DNA from: Pseudobacteriovorax sp.
GTDB taxonomy: Bacteria; Bdellovibrionota_B; Oligoflexia; Oligoflexales; Oligoflexaceae
Direction of reading: 5' to 3'
Assembly (NCBI GenBank): GCA_050293845.1
Contig: JBNKNM010000116.1
Coordinates: forward strand, 1 to 17,021
DNA length: 17,021 nt
The notes beneath the pieces are model-generated. The model ran no database searches. It was not told the origin of the DNA and was given only the letters and a program-made list of their open reading frames with translations. Made by a program: the position numbers and the translations under genes. Positions 8,469-16,680 of this stretch are shown here, piece by piece (the first letter of the stretch is position 1; each line of letters starts with the position of its first letter).

Positions 8469-9481
8469 TGGACAGAATGATGAGAGGCTTGTTACAAGTG
8501 AAAATTATAAATATACCACGAGCAATAACTAAAATTTGCCTAATGATAGGATTGTTATGCAGCTGTTCTGCAATAGCATCAACAATTGCCCTAGTAAGAC
8601 GATCGGGAGTAGAGTTTGAAGAAGTTGATAGGACAACATCCGAAATTTTGGGTGAGGACTATAGAATTGAAAGATTGATTTTAGATAAGACAATCAAGTA
8701 TGAGGACTTTATTAAGTTTGTCAAAGAAGTGCAACCATCACTGTTACTTTTAATGGATAATACAGCTGTAGACTTTGGAAAGAAATTAACAGAAGAAAAA
8801 GATTCTAAACTAGCAAGTACTCCAACTATTTCAGCCATGGGTCTTAACCTTAGAGAACGACTAAAAGGTCGACGAACCATGTCAGGCGTTGCATATGAAG
8901 TACCTGCTTTCACCATATTGACAAACTTTAGGAATCTTCTTGCAGACCGTAAGCTAATTAATGTGATAACCATTTACCGTGAAAATGAGTTTTCAGATAT
9001 GATGATCGATGCTCAAAAGCAGCTTAATCGTGAAGGTATTAACCTTATTGGTCTGGATGCAAGTCACGTACATGGTTCGGAACTAATTTCTTTTTTAAAT
9101 CGCCATCTTAAAGAAACCTATCATGGTAGTATAATCGACGCCATCCTCGTGATGACAGATAATATTTTAATAAACAAGTCGACGTTTACTTCAGTATGGC
9201 TTAAAAAAGCTAAATCATTAAACATTCCTCTTTTATGCGGAGTGAAAAATCTAACACTTTCCAATGTAAATCTTTGTAGCTATGCGGCTTTTCCTGATCA
9301 TGATGAATTAGGAAATCAGATATCACAACAAGTATTTTCTATTCTTGAAGATAATTTTTTACCTGTAGAACTTGGAGTTGAATACATATTGGCCGTAAAA
9401 CAAATAGCGAATCCTAAATTACTAAAAAAAAGTAATATAAAATTGAAACCTGAAGCGCAAAAGATTTTGATTAAAGAATAA
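8465..9481 (+). CDS. Periplasmic ABC-type substrate-binding-like protein (ABC_sub_bind-like), 338 aa
   Basis: Signal peptide ending AIA; PSLLLLMDNTA, SGV, DAILVMTD, NIPL, ELGNQ...IL, and terminal N....KK..I pattern of ABC_sub_bind proteins. ATGA overlap with the previous gene. Confidence 0.7.
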   Translation: MMDRMMRGLLQVKIINIPRAITKICLMIGLLCSCSAIASTIALVRRSGVEFEEVDRTTSEILGEDYRIERLILDKTIKYEDFIKFVKEVQPSLLLLMDNTAVDFGKKLTEEKDSKLASTPTISAMGLNLRERLKGRRTMSGVAYEVPAFTILTNFRNLLADRKLINVITIYRENEFSDMMIDAQKQLNREGINLIGLDASHVHGSELISFLNRHLKETYHGSIIDAILVMTDNILINKSTFTSVWLKKAKSLNIPLLCGVKNLTLSNVNLCSYAAFPDHDELGNQISQQVFSILEDNFLPVELGVEYILAVKQIANPKLLKKSNIKLKPEAQKILIKE

Positions 9482-9493
9482 AGGATTGCATAG

Positions 9494-9949
9494 ATGCACC
9501 ATGTCAATATATCGATACCGATAAATCTATTATTTGCTCTGCTTGTTTTCACTTATTCATGTGCTAGCACCCCGGAGTATATTACAAGTAACGGTAAAAA
9601 ACATAAAGTTATGAACAAAGGATACACCTTCTCCATTACTATACAGAACAATACTTTCAAACCAGGTCCTATAGAATACATACAGAGCGGTAAAAAAGGA
9701 GGAATAAACAATTTAAGTCCTGCATGCAGACTCTCTTCAACACCAGAATTTATTTCTCAGAATCCGTTAAAGTTTAAGGTGATTTCACACAATTCACTTT
9801 CTGTTGGTTCTTTTTATGAAAATGAGATGATTGCACAGAGTGTTTCCGGAAAAACGTCTCTAACATGCTGGCATGATAAGAACAAGAGATCGCACTTAAC
9901 GGTTGATGATTTAAATCAGGTATTTGGAAAAATAGCAATTATCAAATAA
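9494..9949 (+). CDS. Hypothetical lipoprotein, 151 aa
   Basis: Hydrophobic stretch ending in lipobox-like TYS-C-AST; two further Cys that could form a disulfide. Starts 12 bp after the previous stop with an AGGA RBS. Confidence 0.65.
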   Translation: MHHVNISIPINLLFALLVFTYSCASTPEYITSNGKKHKVMNKGYTFSITIQNNTFKPGPIEYIQSGKKGGINNLSPACRLSSTPEFISQNPLKFKVISHNSLSVGSFYENEMIAQSVSGKTSLTCWHDKNKRSHLTVDDLNQVFGKIAIIK

Positions 9950-9982
9950 ATTTATTTAGCCTATTTAATACTTAAATGCCCC

Positions 9983-10017
9983 CGAACCGCTCTGAATTCA
10001 CTGATAATAGCGGTTCG
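9983..10017. other. GC-rich stem-loop in AT-rich spacer (possible terminator or mRNA-stabilising hairpin)
   Basis: CGAACCGCT (9983-9991) and AGCGGTTCG (10009-10017): perfect 9-bp inverted repeat with a 17-nt loop and no clear poly-U tail. Confidence 0.45.
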
Positions 10018-10151
10018 AGTGGGTTAACTTATAGAAATAATAGAATTTAAAGTGGCCTATTACTCTAAAGTATCTAATTATATCTTAATACAACCGAAAT
10101 AACCCCGACTAAATATAGACATGAAGTGATTCTTATTTAAAAGGGTTTGTT

Positions 10152-12731
10152 GTGAGAACCATAAAAAGTAAAATTTTAACCTCATCTCTATCTATGATAG
10201 CGGTCGCTTTTATCACAGTTTCCATAATCGTAATATTCAATCTGAATAGTCTTGTCAACTCATTCTTGGGTTTGAGTGAAGAGCGATCGACTGAAGTAGC
10301 GAGTGACATGAAAAAATGGTCAGAGAGTACTAAGGTTAAAATTGGAAATATTTACGAAGAATCTCTTAAAACGAAAGGCAGTACTCTTCTAATACAAGAC
10401 TCATTAGTGATGCGACCTGCTTTTTTAGATAATGCAATAACTGATGTCAAAAAGTTTTTAACAAAGAAATTTTCATTGGATGATGAAATTGTGCATGCCA
10501 GTTTTTTTACAGTCGAATCTGATACTATTAAGGCTTGGCATTATGTAAATACTCATTACCCGGAAGGTGTGGGATTTATTGCTAGCTATGACAAAAACAG
10601 TGAGTCTTGGGTTAGCGAAAAAGATAAAACTGAAATTCGCATTCTTGATAAGAGAATCCCTTTTTTGACAAAGATAAATCAGAAAAACCTTGAAACTATC
10701 GATTATGAGATTAAAACCACCAATGGTAGCAGTAAAAAGATTAAGGCCTATGAAGCAATTATTCCTGTTGTTGAGGGCCATATAAGTGAGGTCGAGCAAC
10801 TACGCAATGAAGGGGAACCAATAGGGTATCTCAGATACATTTTATCCTTAGAAAAGATGCAGGATGCTATAACTAATGAAGAACAAGCAGTATCAGAAGC
10901 TCTATTTGTTCAACAAGAGAAAGGATTAGCAGCGGATCTAAAAACACGTGATATTGGTAGATCTGTCCTCAGCAAAAGTATAGCGATTGTTGGAATCAGT
11001 GCTTTGTGTATCTTGTTGTTTTCTCTTGTTGTATCTGCAAAAATTGCAGCGCATATTGCACGACCAATCGTTGAGCTTACTGAGAGCGCTGCTGTTATAG
11101 CCTCAGGGGACTATAACAAGGAGGTGCAAGTTAAAAGTACTGATGAAGTCGGTGTCCTAGGTAATACATTTAATGATATGCGACTGAAAGTTAAACGTTT
11201 TACAGAAAATTTACAAGAGTTGATTGATGAAAAGACAGAAGATATTTTATCGATGCTTGCCAATATTGAGCAAGGGATATTCACCATAACTAAAGATCAT
11301 ACGATTCATCCTGAGTATTCTACTTATCTTGAAAAAATATTTGCTACTTCAAATATTGCTAACCAACCTTTTGAAAAGTTGATATTTAAAGATGCATCTC
11401 TTTCTAATGAACAAATTTCTTGCGCGAAAAGTGCTGTTTTGGCTTCTCTTGAAAATGATAAATTCGTATTTAAAGTTAACTTTAATCACTTTCCAAGGGA
11501 GTTTTCAATTAAAAGGAATGGTGATTCAAAACACTTAGAATTTGATTGGTGTCCTATTCTGAAAAATAATAAAATTGAAAAAATAATGGTGACAGTACGT
11601 GATGTTACCGAATTGAAAAAACTCCAAGAAGTATCAAAGCAAAAAGCTTTGGAACTTGCAATTATTGAACAATTAATGCAAATTGAAACTGTGAAATTTA
11701 ACGAAATATATCAGCAAACCACCAAGCTTCTTTCTGAAAGCTTTGATCTATGTTCTAAAGAAGATCTTGCTAAAAATGATATTGCTATCATATTTCGTAA
11801 CCTCCATACTGTAAAGGGAGTGTTGCGGACGTATGGTTTGAAAATAACTAGTTCCTTAATACACGATATTGAAGAGGTATTTATTGGAATAAAAAACTCA
11901 GGATCAACACCTATTGATGGAAATCAACAAAGCAATTTGCAAACTCAAATTCAAGAATCTATTGTAAGTCTTGGTGTGTATAAAAAAGTTAATGATGAAA
12001 TACTTGGTCGTTCAATAGATAAGTCACAGATCGATCAAAAAAGTCTTGCTGAGGTCAAGCGGGTTATAAGATTGTTTCTATCCGATGCTCTAGTAGCAGA
12101 AAAACTATTCGGTAAAGTCGAAAGTATTCTCAATAATACATATAGAAACTCCATCAAAGAACATATTGGTGAGCTTGTGGGAAGAGTTTCACAGGCGGCG
12201 AAAACATTGGGAAAGGAACCCTTGAGATTTCATTACGATGGAGAAGATATCATTTTAAAAACAGAAGCTTGGAATATATTGGATGGAATCTTTACTCATA
12301 TGATTCGTAATAGTCTGGATCACGGGATCGAATCTGACGAAGAACGAAAAAGAAGACACAAGCCTTCTTCCGGTTTAATATCGTTGCAAACACGAACTGA
12401 CGATACATGGCTTTATTTTACATTTTTTGATGATGGACGCGGTCTGAATATAAAAAAAATAAGAGAGAAAGCACAGGTGCATCAAGAAACATCAGATCAG
12501 GAAGTAGCTCATTTGATTTTTAGCCCAAGTATGTCTACTGCGGACAAGGTTACCGATATTTCAGGACGTGGAGTTGGAATGGATGCCGTAAAGGCTAGTA
12601 TCGAAGCATTCGGTGGAAAGGTTGCTCTTGAATTATCCGAAAGAATTGGTGATTTCACACCAATAAAAATTCACATTAGTCTACCATTGGTTAAATTAGG
12701 TCTAGATAAAGCAAATAAGATTGCTGTTTAA
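10152..12731 (+). CDS. Membrane CheA-like histidine kinase: TM-periplasmic sensor-TM-HAMP-PAS-HPt-HATPase, no CheW domain, 859 aa
   Basis: Two TM helices around a periplasmic domain of about 240 aa. HAMP RPIVELT...GDY...DEVGVLGNTFNDM; PAS-like MLANIEQGIFTI...VRDVTE; HPt IFRNLHTVKG (His 11805-11807); HMIRNSLDHGIE, DDGRG, STADKVTDISGRGVGMD. GTG start after AAGGG. Confidence 0.92.
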   Translation: MRTIKSKILTSSLSMIAVAFITVSIIVIFNLNSLVNSFLGLSEERSTEVASDMKKWSESTKVKIGNIYEESLKTKGSTLLIQDSLVMRPAFLDNAITDVKKFLTKKFSLDDEIVHASFFTVESDTIKAWHYVNTHYPEGVGFIASYDKNSESWVSEKDKTEIRILDKRIPFLTKINQKNLETIDYEIKTTNGSSKKIKAYEAIIPVVEGHISEVEQLRNEGEPIGYLRYILSLEKMQDAITNEEQAVSEALFVQQEKGLAADLKTRDIGRSVLSKSIAIVGISALCILLFSLVVSAKIAAHIARPIVELTESAAVIASGDYNKEVQVKSTDEVGVLGNTFNDMRLKVKRFTENLQELIDEKTEDILSMLANIEQGIFTITKDHTIHPEYSTYLEKIFATSNIANQPFEKLIFKDASLSNEQISCAKSAVLASLENDKFVFKVNFNHFPREFSIKRNGDSKHLEFDWCPILKNNKIEKIMVTVRDVTELKKLQEVSKQKALELAIIEQLMQIETVKFNEIYQQTTKLLSESFDLCSKEDLAKNDIAIIFRNLHTVKGVLRTYGLKITSSLIHDIEEVFIGIKNSGSTPIDGNQQSNLQTQIQESIVSLGVYKKVNDEILGRSIDKSQIDQKSLAEVKRVIRLFLSDALVAEKLFGKVESILNNTYRNSIKEHIGELVGRVSQAAKTLGKEPLRFHYDGEDIILKTEAWNILDGIFTHMIRNSLDHGIESDEERKRRHKPSSGLISLQTRTDDTWLYFTFFDDGRGLNIKKIREKAQVHQETSDQEVAHLIFSPSMSTADKVTDISGRGVGMDAVKASIEAFGGKVALELSERIGDFTPIKIHISLPLVKLGLDKANKIAV

Positions 12732-12849
12732 GATGAATCCTCATTCGTAAGCGGTGCATATACTTCAACTGATATTCGGCAGTACAATTTCAAAATGATC
12801 TTTTAGGAAATAACCAAATCAGAGATAATGACTAAAACTAGGAAAATCC

Positions 12850-12940
12850 GGCTTTGGTGCAAGAATCACTCGTTGATGCTAGTGTGGTCAGTCCTTATTC
12901 ATCACAGAGAGCCTATTTGACATGAAAGCCAAGCCAAACC
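12850..12940 (+). mobile_element. IS6 left-end fragment (IRL + first transposase codons), same orientation as IS6 at 662
   Basis: Begins GGCTTTGGTGCAAGAATCAC. Hand alignment of 12850-12935 to 662-747 gives 75/86 identity. Includes ATG AAA GCC AAG CCA AAC, after which similarity stops abruptly. Confidence 0.9.
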
Positions 12941-13470
12941 GGATGAACAACACACCATGAACACCTCGGGCGGACCACCGTAAAAGCGGCTGTGGAAACA
13001 AGTGGAAGCGGTATTTTCAAGCGAAGGAAACGAAGTGTGAAAAGACGGGCGATAGGAAGTCAGATCTTCACCATAGGATCTATGAGATCGGGGAACTCTA
13101 ACCGGGGAGGACCTGATGGAGCAAAGGGTGAGGTCAGATCATAGAACCTTTGAAGGGAAATGCGATGAGTCTCCAACTACTCAATGAAGTATCAACGGAA
13201 CGACAAAGGATAACGCAAACGGTAAAGAAATTCTCTGAACCACTAACATCTTTGAATCAATACATCACAGTCCCTTGGCTAATAGAGGCCTGCAAACAGA
13301 CACGGAAAAACGGGTCACCAGGCATCGATGATCAAACGGCAGCAGATTACGCGAGTAACCTTGAGGAAAACCTCGAGGACCTCTGCAACTGAGCTAGATC
13401 AGGAAGCTACTTTGCTCCTCCGGTCAAGCGTTCATGGATTCCGAAAGGATCAGGCTCTGAAGAGCAGGTT
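12941..13470 (+). mobile_element. Group II intron remnant (DII/DIII-like RNA + start of RT ORF), truncated at both ends
   Basis: GCGAAGGAAACGAAG DII-like element and AGGAAGTCAGA...GGGGAAC...GGAGCAAAGGG DIII-like element closed by a TCACC/GGTGA stem, directly upstream of an RT N-terminus. No 5' GUGYG and no DV/DVI nearby. Boundaries are approximate. Confidence 0.75.
13150..13470 (+). pseudogene. ltrA: Group II intron reverse transcriptase N-terminal fragment (RT0-RT1)
   Basis: VSTERQRI...LTSLNQYI...WLIEACKQTRKNGSPGIDDQT...NLEENLEDL, premature TGA at 13390-13392, then in the same frame ARSGSYFAPPVKRSWIPKG. No further RT motifs and no YADD. Confidence 0.88.
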
Positions 13471-13499
13471 TGTCTGGTTACTGATTAGGACACTATCTA

Positions 13500-16184
13500 T
13501 CATGATGACTTGGGCAAAGCCTGTGCTATGTCCAAGGGGTAAAGAATTTGGAATTCAAAAGCCCTGCGGGGGGCGTTAGTATCTTGACCTATAAAGTTAA
13601 TTTTAATTTCTCCACCGCGATTTTTTAAGATATCGGAGACAGCGTCAAGACCAACACCCCGTCCAGAATTGATAGTGATCTGTTTTTTGGTGGAAAATCC
13701 GGCCTTAAAGATTTCATCTGCCGCTAGTCCATCATCAATATTGCTATTCCCATACTTCGCCCTCATTATTTTTTTAATTTTTTCCATATCAATACCAGCA
13801 CCATCATCCCGAAATTGGAGTTTGATTACGTTAACGTCAAGTTCACCGCTAACTTGAATCAGACCGATTGTCGGTTTTCGTTTTTTTGATCTGATTTCGG
13901 GAGGCTCTAAACCATGATCGAGGGCGTTAATTGTCAGCAGATTTAGAATTGATTCCAAATCTTTTTGCTGAGTTGAGTTGACCATAATATCAGGTATATC
14001 AACGATTATTTTTGGTACGGGCTTTCCCAAAGTGGGGGAAACAGAAAAGGCTATTTTTTCGATTATCTCGCGAGTAAAATTGACTATAGAAACGGTATTG
14101 ATCGAAAGGAGTATCTGTGTCAGTTCAGAGTACTTCTTCTCCAATGAGTCCCTAGAGTGGAGGACTATGTCTTCAATTCTTTGCATTTCTAACGAACTAA
14201 AGCCTCGGGATTGACTTTGTGCGAAGTTTCTAAATATGCTCTCATAGACTTCCTGATAGCGATTGATCATAATCTTCATAGGATTGATTGAATCTAGCAG
14301 GTCTTTTTTGTCTAAATTGAAACTATCAAACTTTCTAAGGCTTTCAAATTTGGTTTCCACATCGTGGATCATGCTAGATACTAGGTGTGCGCCTCTATTT
14401 CGAGAAAGTCCCTTTAGTACATGCAATCTGCGAAATATCTCCTCAATAGTCTTGGAGTCAGATGTTTTCGTACTTGTGACCAAATTTTCAACGACGTTGA
14501 TATCATTAAGAGCTATTTTTAGATAGGGGAGAAATTTATCGTTCATATCTAAAATCTGTTCGATCACAGTTATTTTTTGTTTTTGCTCAAAAGTCTTGTT
14601 TTTTAAATGCTCAATCTCGGTTGTGTCCCGGAGGACAATGATAATCTTACTCACCTGATCATCCAAGCAAATTGTATTCCATTCAATCTCAATATTCTTA
14701 ACTTCAGTACCATCTGTATAGGTGAGATTTTTGGGAAGGAAGTGGCTGTTGGAGTCGAAGTTCATTTGATCTTCATTAATAGAAAATTCAAGAACAAAAA
14801 TAATGTAGTCTAACTGTTCCTGACTGAGATTACACTTCTTAAGGAAAACATCATCTATCCTTTGATTAGCTAGGTTGGGAGTACCAATAATACTTTCTAA
14901 TTCACGGGAAAAATCTGTATTGATCCTGAGATCGTCAGAAATTGTAAAAACACCTTGGGGAATGTTATCAAGCAGTGCTTTAATATCACCCGTTTTTTCT
15001 TTAACTATATTTTCGATTTTAGTGACGGTGTCTTCAAGTTTGCTGTTAGCTATTTTTAACTTTCGCCCCAGGGTGTTGAGTTGATCTGCTAATGCAAAAG
15101 AAAGTAGCGCCATTTCAAGTACAGAGGCAACTTGAATTATGTTTTCTGTGAATTGATTGCGGGGTATGGCGCCAACTTTGTTTAACGAAAGAATGATAGC
15201 TCCTATTAAAAAAGTGCCCCATGCAAATCCATAGATAATGCCTTCCCGGTGCCTTTTTAAGATCACCAAAATTGCTGAAAAAAAGCCTATGGATACGGAT
15301 GTGATTATAGCAACAATGGTTATTTTAATGCGAACTTGATAGGGGATTGTTAATGAGAATGGCATATAAATGCAAAGAATTACCACAATGGTCATCAGGA
15401 CTTTGTAGGATTTGGGTGTATATCTTTTAGACTGGAGAAAAAATGAAGTAAAGAGCGCTGCGAAGATGATTACAAAATTTAGGGAATAGTCGATTAAATA
15501 ATTATTTAGGGCGGGATAATTACCCCAGAGATACTTTAAGCCCATTCCTGATAGGGTGGCCTGAAAGGAAGCGTAGGAAAGAATAAAGCCCACATAAAGA
15601 ATATAGTTTATCCGTCTTGTTGTCGAGAATACCAAAAGGTTGTAGAGTGCGATCATCAGCACAGCACCGAAATACATCATCTGAAAAACTTCGGCATTAA
15701 AAGCAGAATGGGTAAGGTAGTCTGGACCGACGAAACTAAGGGGAATTTGCATCGAACTCGTTGTTTCGATGCGGAACAATGCCGTTTTAAAACCACAAGG
15801 AACAGGAAAAAAGAAATTTTTGAAGGGAACCGGTCTTTCCTCAAAGCGTCGCAGGTCACCGGTCTTATATTCCTTGATGCCGTTACCAATCAGCCAAAGA
15901 TCTATCGTATCGAGTAGGGGGTATTCAATTGCTAGGTACTTGAGGTTATCCCCTTGAGCACAGGAAGGGATTTTTACCTTAAACCAGTAAGGAGTATCGA
16001 GAAAACCAAGATTAAAATTCTCAATATCTTTTTCTTTCCAAAGAGATTCATCCAGATTTACCAAGGTTTCGAAACTGGATAGTTCCTCGGTTTCTTCCAC
16101 GTACTGAATTTTGGTTTCTGCAAAGGATGTTTGGCTTAACAAATAAAGAAAGATGTAGCTAACGACCAACGCGCAGTGAGTCAA
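13500..16184 (-). CDS. 7TM-DISM sensor CheA-like histidine kinase: DISMED2-7TM-PAS-HPt-HATPase, no CheW domain, 894 aa
   Basis: Signal peptide; DISMED2 motifs NLGF...YWF, IEYPLLD.ID, TGD...F.ERP, SSMQIPL; 7TM region YFG...ALYNL...YILY...G.G..YLW and LEMALLSFALAD; PAS-like LLDNIPQGVFTI; HPt IFRRLHVLKG (His 14421-14423); NALDHGLE, DDGAG, GFST...SGRGVGLD. TTG start with GGAGA RBS; tandem TGA TAG stops. Confidence 0.92.
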   Translation of the reverse strand: MTHCALVVSYIFLYLLSQTSFAETKIQYVEETEELSSFETLVNLDESLWKEKDIENFNLGFLDTPYWFKVKIPSCAQGDNLKYLAIEYPLLDTIDLWLIGNGIKEYKTGDLRRFEERPVPFKNFFFPVPCGFKTALFRIETTSSMQIPLSFVGPDYLTHSAFNAEVFQMMYFGAVLMIALYNLLVFSTTRRINYILYVGFILSYASFQATLSGMGLKYLWGNYPALNNYLIDYSLNFVIIFAALFTSFFLQSKRYTPKSYKVLMTIVVILCIYMPFSLTIPYQVRIKITIVAIITSVSIGFFSAILVILKRHREGIIYGFAWGTFLIGAIILSLNKVGAIPRNQFTENIIQVASVLEMALLSFALADQLNTLGRKLKIANSKLEDTVTKIENIVKEKTGDIKALLDNIPQGVFTISDDLRINTDFSRELESIIGTPNLANQRIDDVFLKKCNLSQEQLDYIIFVLEFSINEDQMNFDSNSHFLPKNLTYTDGTEVKNIEIEWNTICLDDQVSKIIIVLRDTTEIEHLKNKTFEQKQKITVIEQILDMNDKFLPYLKIALNDINVVENLVTSTKTSDSKTIEEIFRRLHVLKGLSRNRGAHLVSSMIHDVETKFESLRKFDSFNLDKKDLLDSINPMKIMINRYQEVYESIFRNFAQSQSRGFSSLEMQRIEDIVLHSRDSLEKKYSELTQILLSINTVSIVNFTREIIEKIAFSVSPTLGKPVPKIIVDIPDIMVNSTQQKDLESILNLLTINALDHGLEPPEIRSKKRKPTIGLIQVSGELDVNVIKLQFRDDGAGIDMEKIKKIMRAKYGNSNIDDGLAADEIFKAGFSTKKQITINSGRGVGLDAVSDILKNRGGEIKINFIGQDTNAPRRAFEFQILYPLDIAQALPKSS

Positions 16185-16404
16185 TGTATTAGATCTCCCA
16201 ATCAGTATTAATGTTTATTATAGCTGATTACTTGGGGAATTTGACTTAGCCTAGTAAAATGACTAATTACACCCATAGATCGCTTTTCAGGGATCTCTAT
16301 AGTCTGACAAAAACTGCCTCATTGACCTACCTGTGTTTGATTCGGTATGTGAAAAAACGCTAAATAGAGCAGATTTCTGCAATAACAGAGTAAATTGTAA
16401 AAAT

Positions 16405-16559
16405 TTAGACCCGATCGTACACTAACCCTGTTTTGTCATTCAAAACTTGCTCAACATTTCGTTGAACTTCCCCTCGAACTGCTTCAAGATCCGAACGAGG
16501 GGAAGTTCCTCTTACCGACTCGACATCTAAGCGGCTAAAATCATAATTATCACCCATAT
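16405..16559 (-). other. 3' exon of the group II intron: short open frame, possible host-gene C-terminus or small gene
   Basis: Immediately after the intron end the sequence reads AT ATG GGT GAT AAT..., giving MGDNYDFSRLDVES...VYDRV* (50 aa). Family not recognised. Confidence 0.35.
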
Positions 16560-16634
16560 GTCGGTTAAGTAGGAGCCATTGCTGACCCCCACTCACCTAA
16601 GAACTGAGCGAGCTAGTTTCCCAGCACTCAGCTC
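16560..16634 (-). ncRNA. Group II intron ribozyme domains V and VI
   Basis: DV 16634-16601 = GAGCUGAGU GCUGG GAAA CUAGC UC GCUCAGUUC (34 nt, AGC triad, GNRA loop, 2-nt bulge). DVI GGUGAGUGGGGGUCA-GCAA-UGGCUCCUACUU(A)ACC with bulged A near 16566; terminal AC. Confidence 0.93.
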
Positions 16635-16680
16635 AAGCCTTTCTAAAGCTGTGTTTCCCACAACCCAGCGACCTCACAAG

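Noticed and set aside
8659..10799. Minus-strand ORFs 8659-8973, 9316-9552 and 10473-10799
   Set aside because: Antisense shadows within well-supported + strand genes.
4689..12731. Calling the kinases canonical cheA and the cluster a standard chemotaxis operon
   Set aside because: The HPt is internal, no CheW domain is present, and the window has no MCP, CheW, CheR or CheB.
13150..13470. RT fragment as a retron, DGR or defence RT
   Set aside because: The RT0/RT1 sequence and upstream DII/DIII-like RNA are group II intron type; no msr-msd inverted repeats or TR/VR pair seen.
13328..15957. Short ORFs 13328-13579, 13669-13857, 13978-14214, 14263-14526, 14607-14813, 14875-15084, 15677-15889, 15708-15917, 15769-15957
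   Set aside because: Alternate-frame or antisense overlaps of the RT remnant and the 894-aa kinase; no independent support.
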